A program made the position numbers and the translations under genes. Below are positions 14,801 to 26,800 of a DNA stretch of 64,000 nucleotides, piece by piece (position 1 is the first letter of the stretch; every line of letters begins with the position of its first letter). The stretch spans positions 635,318 through 699,317 of the forward strand of contig MNCI01001519.1 of the NCBI GenBank assembly GCA_015680685.1, in the 5' to 3' direction. Origin of the DNA: Gnetum montanum (Eukaryota; Plantae; Gnetophyta). The notes beneath the pieces were generated by a model, which was given only the letters and a program-made list of their open reading frames with translations, was not told the DNA's origin and did not search any database.

Positions 14801-17800
14801 ACCACCAAGATGTTCTCATACTTGACGATGGGTGTTTCTTCCCCTGTAGGCAGATCCAGAAGAACCTGTTTGAGGAGGTCTTCTGAGGAGAGGGACTACC
14901 AAACACAAAATCTTATGTATCCCATGCAATGTTTTGTTGTAGTGAACTTGTTAAAGGAGATGAACTCTCCAAAAAAAAACTCATGAGCATTGATAGGAAG
15001 TTTGTGGTCCACAACTCCCACAAAACCCCCGAAACCCTCACCCACACCAACACCCGCAAGAATAGGTTAGTGGCATGGTGTGTGCTTGGCCACCCATGCG
15101 TAAGGGCCAAGCTTTGGCATCGAAGAACTAGGGGCCCCACAAGAGGACCCGATCCCTAGCCTCCAAATTCGAAAAAATAAAGAGCAAGAGCTCCCCTATT
15201 AGATAACAAAGCTCCAGATTTGCAACTCCCTAGGAAGAAATCACCCAATGTTGGACATGCTCTAGCTATAGCCAAGCCTGAACAGAGACAAACTTGTTAA
15301 TGAGGCTGCATTCCAAGGGATGCAAGCCCACCTAAGAAGGGGCATGCAACTTAAGGCACATCAAGCCTTGGGACCTACTAACTTCTTATATGCCTCCCAT
15401 CATATGGTACCAAGTGATCGTGCACCACAAGCCTTGGCCAACAAGCCCCATCACTAATGATGACAATGGCCTGGACCTCCCCCTATTAACTAATCATTTT
15501 AATAATAATATATTCATCTTCATACCTTGAATGGATGGGTTGCATTGTTTATTTATTTTGCATACACCCTACCCTGGATGTGGAGATTAACACCACTATC
15601 CAACCCTACCCATACACATGCTTATTTTGACTTAATATCCTGAGCCATTGAATCCAATCAGATTGAGTTACAAAACACCCAAAGGTTTTCAATGATGCAC
15701 ACACCATTCGTAAGTGTGTACAATCCCCAGTCACTTATCTTAGGAATGTATTGAGGTGTAGTCCAAAAATGATGGTTGAGCCTAGCCTTGGTTGTGTAGT
15801 TTAGAACCCAAAGATAACCTACCTCATGGCTGGATGGTGACCAAATTCTTCAAGTTGGATGGCCCTCAATGTGGGAATGCAAAGCTATATTGCATGGGCA
15901 AAGTTGTGGAAACCTATACATTTTTCATCCCCAACCATTGTTTAATGCCTATCATAGACTAAATGATCTTGTTTGGCAAAAACAGAGTGGACAACTAGGA
16001 TTACATCCAACCACATCCGTTGGTGCTACTTGTAAAATGAAACTTAAAACAAGTGAGTAGCATAAATGTTTGATGTTTTCTAGCTTTGCAAGTGATGCAA
16101 AGTGATAGTAATCAACCTGAACAATGCTAGTTTTTAAGGTATCATAATGTGACTAAAGATAGATGATATGCAATAGATGCATCAATCCTTGGGATTATGA
16201 GAAGTGCCAAAGTCTCATGCGATCAACAACATGTTAAGTCTAATGAAGGAAGGAGGTACATAGGCCCTGTAATCAACCCATCATTATGAGTCACATCCTC
16301 ATTAATTGCTAATGTAAGTATAATACCATGTTTTAAAAGGATTGGAAAAGTTAAAAATTTGTACTGATCTTTAGAGGGTGGTTATCTTAGAGGTCCTACA
16401 TTTTCCAAAGTCCATACTTAGTCAAAAGAATGATTATCCAAGTAACTACTTGTTCTTCTAATATCTTGATGCCTTTATACCATCTATGATGGGCTAACTG
16501 TTAAGGTAGGCAAAGGATTTGATAATGATTTACCATGGTCATTTGGCTACACTTTTTAACCTTGTTATGAGAAGGATAGTTAGGAGTAGCATAAATCAAA
16601 AAAACATTGGACCATGTCTAAATTAGTATTAGGCCAAGGCCCAGGCCCACATCTCATTTTAGACTAACTCTTGCATCAAGTTAGTATATTGATTCATTCC
16701 TAAGCCAATTTCATGTCAATCTTGATCAAGTCCTAGACCTTTTTTCATCTCCATATTGATCACACTCAAGAGAGTTACAAGGCCCCTATTAAATGAGTCC
16801 TTTGTTCCTTTTCCAGCCATTAACATGAAGTGGACATAATTAAAAATAGATGTCATCATAAAGCATGTCATAAGCACACATCACCATCAAACCTTGACTT
16901 TTTCTATGGCCCCACCTTTTTTTGGCTTGCTTGCAAGTCACTTTTACTTTAAAAGCTATGAGAATTTCTAATTTATTTTTTGACTTTTTATCTATTTTCC
17001 ACATTTTCCATAATTTATTTAGTAAAAATCATTGATACTAAGCTTTTTGTATATCCATCATTTTACACATTTCGAGATAGTTGTAACAGGCACAAACATG
17101 CTATAGCTACCATGCTAGAAATTAATATTTTAATTGAATTAAAAAATATATAGTCCCACAAGGTACTTTTTAATCATTTAACATTAAAATCTCAAAATCT
17201 AGAACTCAAATCAAAAAACTAATTATAAAAATATACTTTAGTTATAAAATTGAGTTGCTCCACCAAATTTTAATTAATTAAATATTCAATAAATTCTAAA
17301 TTCTAACTAAATATCAAAATAAACCATGGATCAATATTCCATTAATTTTATAATTATTCTCAAATAATGTTAGACTTTGTCATGCTCATTCGTCAATAAA
17401 ATATATTACATAGAAATAAATAGTAATATTGCTTATGCCACCCAATCAAAAGTCTTCATATTACTTAGAAGCATTAGGCACATCTACAAATATATATATA
17501 ATCCTTAAAACAAGTTAAACTCTAACTATTTAATAGAGCACTAAGGTCATATGTACAAATGTGTAGCACAATAAACTCTCTTGATCATCCCTCTCCTAAA
17601 GAATCTCATATGCTTCCACAACTCTTTGAATTTGGAGTTTGCCACTTCTCATGATGGCCTTGTAGATATGGTTGATTGTATGATCTCCCATCTACACTAA
17701 TTTCAAGTTTCCTCTAGCAACGTCTTGGTCAAATGTTCATTGTCGTAGTCATTCCTTTGTTGCATTATTTATTCTCATTGGTTGGAAGCTTTACTTGTCT

Positions 17801-20800
17801 TCCATTGTCCTTCACGAAATGAGTTCTTTCATTCGTTCTCCTAATGGGTGGTGATTTCCATCATTTGTATAACTAATAGATAGATGTTGCCATCATACTA
17901 TGGTTGCCATGAAGACATTTCACCTAGTGATTTTTCTTCACTATTTTTATGCGCACACTCTCATCTTTGTCTGTCTTTCTTCCCAATTCTTCCTTTCTTA
18001 TACCCGTGTATGTATGTTCTATCTTATGTGCATATCTCTTCTCATGGTTCACTTCCATCTTCATGCTTCCCTGAATTGCTTGCAGTTCCTATGAAAGATA
18101 AAGTCTATTCACAATTGTTGTGTCTCTTCTTAACATATTATTTGCTTTGAGTAGTTTTATGCATAACAACATTTTATGAGATTAGTTAACTCGTTGTGAT
18201 ATCCTCCGCTATCTTCCAACACTTTATATCTCATTTTTACTAATTCAAGAAATGTGATATCAAAACCTTTTTTCTTGGCTAGATCTTGGAGCTTGGACCT
18301 GGTGTTACAGGTAGATGTCCAGCACAAGGACCAAGCCAAACCGAGTATAGCATTAAGGCTGTTCATCATCTTCTTTAAGTTATGATAAACCATGTTCTAG
18401 GTATTCAGATGCAATCATATGATTTGCTGCTGTCATGTGTACTTCTTGTAATATATTTTTTATTAATAAAAGAATAAATACCCTCAATCATTTTATCCAA
18501 TTCTGGTGATCTTTTGTGTGGGCTACAGAGGCTCAAGATTGAAGGTCACTTGACGGTGCCAAATGGCCCCACAATTTCATACAATACTTTTGTCTCTTGT
18601 ATGAGCTACAAGTTGCTTAGCTGTTGGAGGTTGCTTTGTGGTTTACAGCTGGAGAACTGAAGGGTCCATTGAGTACTCATCATGATAAAGAGATATATGT
18701 TTCTTGTAGTTGTCTTTTGTAAAGTCTACAAATTCAAGAAGTGCAACGAATTCTTGATATTTAGTTTTTCTAGAATTTATTGTAAGAGTCTTGGAACCAT
18801 CATGTTCTCTCCATTGTTAAGTGTAATTAGTCTTTAGCTAGCAGACATCATTGTGCAAACATAAAGGGATGGACTTTTTTCCCTTGTTTTAAGTTCGTGA
18901 AGCATTCTTAAGAGCTGAGGTGCCATGTTCTTCCATTTTGGGATCCACGATTGGCTATTTCTTCTTGTTTTATGTTTTATGGTTGGCCTATTAGAAACTA
19001 GAAATCATTCTTTGTTTTGGAATATCGTAGTTGATTTTTCTCAGCTGATTGTGAAATGTTGGATTTGGGATACCTTTCCTTATCTTCTTTTCTGTTAATA
19101 CTAAAAATGTGTGTCACTTTCTAAGACTTTTTAAGTAGTAGTGTTTCCATGTTCATATAAGGAATAATTATTTCTGTTTTTTTCAGTGAGGGCTACTCGT
19201 TAGCGCTTAGATTGGATTCACTTATTTGCATGTTTTGAGTTCTTTTTAGAATTTCTTAGTATGCTCTCTTTCAAAAATATAGATAGCAGTAAGAAGAGGT
19301 TAGCATTGTCTTTCCCTTTGGTTAGCACATGAATTGAAGGTTCTAATTATGTTTATTCCAGAAAATGTTTACCTGATGTAGTAGCTGAGTTTTCAGTTTG
19401 AGCAAATTTAAAATCATATATTTTGTGTTATGGTACCAATCCTTTTTATTATCATAAGCATTCTTCCTTTTGAAAAAACGCTTAAATAATGATCCAACAA
19501 AAATAGTATTTGTCCTTGTATGTTTACTTGCTTTCCTTAAAAATGTACCCACATGAATGATAATTTGATGAACCCTATAGTTTGAAGCAGGAAATTATTA
19601 TCTAATCTCAAATATAGTGTTTGATTTGTACCAGCATTCGTTTAATGTGTCTTTCTTGAACATATACCATTGATTTGCATTGTTTTTCTCATGCCTTCTA
19701 TGCTAAATACAGTTTGATGATGTATGGATACTATTGCCTTTTTAATGACAACTGTTGTTCGTATTCTAAGTAGAGTGAGTTGATTTGTGTTCTTAAGTGT
19801 AGAAAGGGCTTTAAATTAAGTTAAGTCAATTCATGTGTATGTTGGTTGCAAAATAAACTTGGTTCTGAAATGCATTTACTTTGCTATCTTCTCTTTCAAG
19901 GAAGGTTGCTTTGGTTAACATCTTTAGCTATGTATCCTTTTAAGTAAGTATCAGTCAATAGGATAGTGTGCTCTGTGGCATCTTTGATCAACCTATTTGA
20001 CTGTTTAAAACTTTATGGGTTTGCTTGCATACATCTAGCTTTTGTTTAAAATTTAAATCTTAGAAGTCTCTATTAGATAAGAATATGTGCTAATAAATTT
20101 TAAAAGTTTACTTGAAGTCGATATACAATACAATGCTACCAAAGCAGTGCTAGCAACACTAAACCATATATATTATAGTTAGATACATGCCACATCAAGT
20201 AGACAGCTGACTGTAAACTATCATCGACTCCTCCACTGTCCTCAGCCTATCATGTTAACAGAAAGGCAACCATGATGACGAACTATGTGATATGCTTCTT
20301 GTTTTATGTCTCAAATTAAAGGGTATTAGCAATGAAGAAATTCAGAACCCCTCAGAATAAGTATTTTTTATCTCAGGGAAAGCAAAATCTTTCTTTTATT
20401 GAAGAAACAGAAACCACAGAATTATTTATATGATGTTTCAAGTATTTAAAAAGTTACCTCAATAGGCAAGCTAGGAACAAGTCTGAGACAGTCTTTCTGG
20501 CAAAGCATGAAATCCACAGTGATTGATGGTATAGAAGGCTTTAAACTTGCTTGTTCTCGAAAACTACTGATCGCACCTCTGTAACTTACCACCTGAAATG
20601 AACAAACAGCTTCAGAATATTCAAACCTAGATACAGGTTCAAGATTTTACTATTTTGAGGTATAAAATGATGATGAATCTTTAGAAATAAACATATACTG
20701 CATTTACAAAGTAGCCTTGGATCTAACAAAAACATCGTCACAACTAAAAATAGCCCATAATGCAAGTTTGAGTATTTGTCACAGCCACGTAATGTCTGAA

Positions 20801-23800
20801 AGGTTCCAAATCCACCTGATATTTGAGTTCCAGTGCTATATTTACACCGTTTTTTTGTATAATTATTTACAATTCAAAATTTTATTTTATTTTTGAAAAA
20901 GGTCAGGTATTATATTAACATGAACAACTGTACACAGAACCGAAGAGCCCCAAACCATCCAAAATCAACCATCCACCCATACGAACAAAATTGGGTGACA
21001 GCACCCCACTAAACAACAGCCCAAAGACACAGACAATCAGCAAAACAATAGCAGAACAAGACCAACCGAACCCAGACCCAAGAGACACCAAGAGACCCCA
21101 CCACCAAAGAGATTGGTCCTTTAAAGACAAGTGGGGAGCCCCGAACACTTGCAGAACAGCCTCATCTCCTCATGGATCATGTCCAGCGTATGCTGATGAT
21201 GCTCCAAGTCCACAAAATGGGCTGCCTCCTGAAAATTCTTGAATTGCTCCACTTTCGTCCAACGTTCCTCCTCCATGCCTGTGCCATCCAGATGTGAATC
21301 CTTCCCACTGCACCTGATATGGCACCGGAGCTCATGCCAAGAGGTGGTTTGACCAATATTCATGATTACATAGGGACATTGTCCCTAGCTCAGCCAATCC
21401 TTTACTCTTTTCTTGTGCGCCTGATCCAACTGTCACTAGATCTCAGCCGCCTCATGTGCCCAGCATTCCTATTCCTCTTGTTCCTGGAGCTCTTGCTAGC
21501 ATGCCTCCTCCTAGAGTTGTGCTTGCACACTCTCCCATAGCTCCCACTCCAAGGCTTCCTTGGCTACGGCCTCCGCCAAGTCCCTTCTCCGTTGGTCCTC
21601 CAATTCCTGTTCTTTCCGCACGCGCTCGACTTCCTCCCTTTGCTGAAAAAACACAATGTCATGCTCAGCCAACACCACCTACCACTGCTCCCATTCCTCT
21701 GATTTGGCCTGCCTGTCCGTCGCCTCCAGCCCTTCATCGAAAGAGGCCTTCCAGCACACCACCTCCTCCAACTAGCTTCAAAAAACCACTTCATGCTCAT
21801 CCCATCTTCACTGCCAAAAGGCCCTTTCCTCTTGTCGTGCTCTCAACGCCGCCTCCTCAGGCTTAGGACTCAGAGTGACCAAAGACTAACCATCAAGACC
21901 ACCTCCCCCAGTAGGAACCTCCAAATCATCACCCCCAAACACCTCAGGTTTGTGGGAGGGGAGCCTGCTAGCTTGAGTAGCAACCCCCCACCCCCTCAGC
22001 CTCATGATCTTCCGACTTGCTGGAGATCTCCACAACAACCGACACCAAACACTGTGTCCGCCTTCACTCATAGACCCAGCACACCAGAACCCCCCCCCCC
22101 CCCCCCCCAAACAGAAGGAACCCCCGTAGCCGCTGCCCTCCACAACGCCAACATAAGCCTAGAGTACTAGCCCCACCATTGTCTCCGCAAAGTATTCAAG
22201 AAGAAATTTGGCAAATTAACCTACAAACAGCCCCACCAACCCCCCCTCCCCCCTCCCCCCCCCCAAACGGCAGCAAACACTGCATAAAGGTAAAATGGAG
22301 GCCCATCAACTTGGAAACGTTACCTAATTGAACAAAAAATAGTTCAACCAGCTCCGCGGCATCTTGCCACAATGTTAGCAACGTTGACCACAACACTTGC
22401 CCACTCCCAGTTCTAGGAATGGGCCCAACAAAAAAATTTGCAACATCTTGTAGTCCCCATCCACTGGCAGTCCCAATAGCACCACTATGGACTCCATGGT
22501 CAACGTGATGTGCACCCCCCTAAACAAGGTAAAATTTCCAATCCAGTTCACAAAAAAGGCTTCATCTACCAAATCCACCTTCCCTTGCAGCTAAGGGAGA
22601 AGATTTGCCCAACCAGCCCATTGCATTGACTCCTAGAGAACCGGGTTATCTTGAAATGCATCACAACTGGGTTCCATCATCAACGTCACCCCCATGGCCG
22701 CCTATGCTTCCACCCACAATCTAATCCCCTAGGCCGCAATTTGTGCCGATGAAGGCGACACGACACCTCAAAAGTGGAAAATACCGAAGTGGCCAAAAGT
22801 GCCCTCCCTGCCCATGACAGAAAATGGGCCATCCAATGCGACATTCTCTTTTGAATTTTTTGCACTAAACCACTCCACACATTCCTCTTATGCTAGTTGT
22901 ATAGGGGAAGCCCCAAGTATGCATCCTCCGACGATCCGGGAAGCACCCCCAACTGCTGGATCACCAACCCCCTCACCCTCATAGGAGTGTTCAACATGTG
23001 CACTAAAGACTTCCCTTTATTGACCTCTAGCCCCCACCTCCATAGCTAGATGCACCAATGCGTTGTTGATTGCAATGGCCTACAACACAACCACACATGA
23101 GAACATGATGGTATCATCTGCATAATGTTTGACAAGACATTTAACTCCCGCAACCTCCAATGTTGTAACCCCCTCTACCTCACAATATGCCTGCACCGTA
23201 TCCATGACTAGAATAAATAAATAGGGGAACAACGGGTACCCCTGTTGCAACCCTCTCCTCAGGGAGGAGAACCCCCATAACTACCCATTTTTTAAGTCCA
23301 GCAAGAAACCCCCAGATCATTGGATGGATAGGCATAGCTTCACAAACTCAAGATGGAACCCTTTACTTAGCATAATTTCCTCCAGCGCTTCCCATGACAC
23401 AGTATCATACGCCTTCGAAATATCCAACTTAAGGCATAAGCCCAAGTATCGTGTCAATCTAAGCGAGTGTAAGACCTCCTGCACCAAAAGAATCTAATCT
23501 TGGATGCTCCTACCTTGAATAAACCTTGCCTAATTGGTCCCCACCAACCTCTTCATCAACAAACTTAACCACAACACTAGCAACTTAGAAAAGAGATGAA
23601 GCAAGGTGTTGCAAACACCAATCGGACGAAAGTGGATAGGCTCCGAAGCCAAGGTTGACTTTGGGATTAAAATAATTTAAGCACAATTCATCTCGCGACG
23701 AATCTACCACCAATGCATCATAGCATTGAATGCATCTAAAAAGTTGTCCCCAATAAGATCCCAAAAGCTTCAAAAAAATTCCACAGGCCACCCATCAGGT

Positions 23801-26800
23801 GTTGACGCCATACTTGTTTTCATAGACCCCCAAAGCCAACTCCAATTCATACATGGAGAAAGGGGACAACAATCGACAATTATCCTTGTTCTACAGAATA
23901 GACTCAACATAGACAAATAGCGGCTGCACCAGCCACCTCCTCCAAATGTCAAACCAAAATTCCATCAATGTCTGAGCCACCTTCTCCTCCCCAACAATCT
24001 CCTATCCTTGGATAGAGAGATGAGATCTACTTCGAAGCTTTCACTACAGAGGCATCCGCAAAGAAGAACTGAGTATTCTGATCCCCATCCTTTAGCTAAT
24101 GCACCCTAGACCACTATCACCAATAGGCCTCCACCTCACAGTCCATCACCTGCAGCTGGGAAAGAACCTCCCACTCATCCTCCAAATCTTAGCCCTCATC
24201 TTGCCCCTTCTGTATCTCCAAAAGTCTTTGCATGAGACACCCTCTCTCACTTATAAAAGAATACTTATCCTCAAATTTGATCTACTTCAATGCTTATTTC
24301 AATCAAGACAGTCCTTCCTTCAGAAATTCCCTAGGATCCTATGACCTCATGTATGTCCCCTAGATTTCGAACACCAACAACCTCATCTATGGCTTGTGGA
24401 TCCAATACCATTCAAACTTAAAAGGCTTGGGTTTCCCGGATAGGCCGTCATCCATGCAGCAAACAATAGCTCGATGGTCTGAGGCCACCCTTTCCAAGGC
24501 CATCACCATGATCCCTTTTGTCATGAACAAGTGAGAACTGACCCAAACACAGTCAATCTTGGTCATCACCTGGTCCCTTCTTTTCCGATGGTTACTCCAC
24601 TTAAAGTGGCACCCCAGATCTCCAAATCAATCAGCTCATTCTACTCCATGAACTCCATACATTCCTATGCACTTAGAGGGTCTTGGGCCACTCCATTAGA
24701 TTTCTCCCAAGGATCAACCAACATCGCCGGACTCGCACAAGTGCTGCAATCCGTTGCAACTCCCGCAAATGCTCTTCCCAAATTTGGGCCCTGTAGAAAT
24801 TTGTAACCCATATACCAAAAACTAGAAGAAACACCGTAATGCTCCACCTAGAGCAATCCAACACCTCCAAATGCTCCTACAACAATAGGGCCAAACTGCC
24901 CACCTTGCCATAACAAGGGATGACCTGAACATACCATCCCGACCACCAAAGCCAATGAGACTCCTGCTATTGCAGTTTGGTTTCTTGCAAACAAACAACA
25001 TCACACATCTCCCACCACACAATGTCCTTCAAGGTATTATGTTTATAGGAGGTACCCTGCCCCCTACAATTCCATGAAAGGAACCTCATGTTCGGCATCC
25101 GGTGTGTTTGTAGACCTCCTTGAGGGTTGACTGAACCCCCAAATCCACGTCCATCTAAGTTTGCCGAGTCCGGACAAGAGAAGCCAATGGCCTCCCCACT
25201 TTACAAGTATCTAGTGAAACCATAAAGGGTCCCTCATGCCCCACACCTCCTCTCACAATCTCCCCCATAGATGGCATGGGACCTCCCCTGACAACTAAAA
25301 CCCAGTTGGCTAGGGGGGAGCTTCACATCCAAACTGTGAACCTCCTCCCTAGAACCCTTGATGGGCAACCCCAAAGAACGTAAGGACCCAAGAAACCGCT
25401 TTGACTTCTTAGACCTCGATGAGGTTGATGACCCCAAATCATCCCCACCACTAACAAGTTCCACAGGTGGGTCCTCTTGCCCAGCAAGAGACATCTAGTC
25501 TCCTTTACTGACATCCTTGTTAGACTGCTTATTCGGCCCAACACCGCCCACAACCACCACTGGCTTCAACTGCCTAGGCACCAAGACCCCCACCATCTTG
25601 TCCTAACATCGCACAGCCCACCCTTTCCGAGTTACCAAGGTCCAATCTACACCTCCATTTTTCTGGTCCTGTGCCTTACGACCTATCTTACAGACCACAA
25701 CCAGATGACTAGCCTTACCAAAGGTGGCACAAGAGCGCCCGAGGGTCAACTGTCACATTCTCATAGTCTATTTTCACCTTTTCCTCACCATCAAGGAAGT
25801 CAAGGACAACCTCCTGAATCAAGTCCTCTAGCAAAAGTGACCGCCACACACAAAAATTGGCAAACCCCATCCTCTCAGGAATCCTGTGGCACAGTCAAAA
25901 CAAATGAAATCTCCAAGACAACTAGCAAGGGTGTGGAGAAACTCCTCCATCCAGATTTCCCATGGGAGGGATACCAAACACCCAAACCCAAACAAGGGCC
26001 CTAGAAAATAGACTGGGATCCCTATGGGCCCCCGACCTCTAGTAAGTCAACACCAAACCCTGCACCCCAAAGAACCATGGTCCCCCCATCAAAATCCTCT
26101 CCCGGTCCTGCAAGGACCTAAATACAAACAAGAAGAGCCCACCCTCGAGATAGCGAACCTCAACAAGGCAGAAATTCCAATGAATCGCCACCCATTTCTT
26201 TACCTGGTTAAAAGGTAGCGACGCACCCGCAGAGACAAACTTGCCAATTAAGCTCATCTCCACCACCCACAAACCCTCCTTAGAGGAGGCCTTCATCTTA
26301 AACTGCAAGGAGCCTTTGGCCTGCACACACTCCTCCATACCCCCAGCCCCAAGGCACCAAATTGAGCCCTCCTGCCCCTATCGTCCACCAATTCCCTCAC
26401 CCACCGTGCCCCTAGACCTGCCAAATGTGGCCCCATCCGTAGTTGGACTGCCCATCACATCCAAGCCGCCCGTCCTACCCATCGCACTCCTTGCAATCGC
26501 CACGCTTCCCCCCATTCAAAAATTCCCCCAATTCAAAATATTATTCCAACAAAGATCATTAATTCTTTCCATATGGCCATCAAATTTGAGTTTGTACATT
26601 TCTTCAAAATTTTATTCATAAAAAGAAGCAAATTTGTTAACAAAATTTAAAAACAAAAGAAAACCCCAACCTAAAATACTTGGTGAGAAAGCGGTTAACT
26701 CATTCCTATAGGAGTTGACTCATAATAAATAATGATAGGTGGTCTAACTGAGAAAATTGGGAGGCAGAGGTAGCGAGCACTACAGGGATGGTGGTATCAA

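Noticed and set aside
15500-19000. Probable ancient TE debris in intron 5
   Set aside because: No diagnostic motif could be read in any frame.
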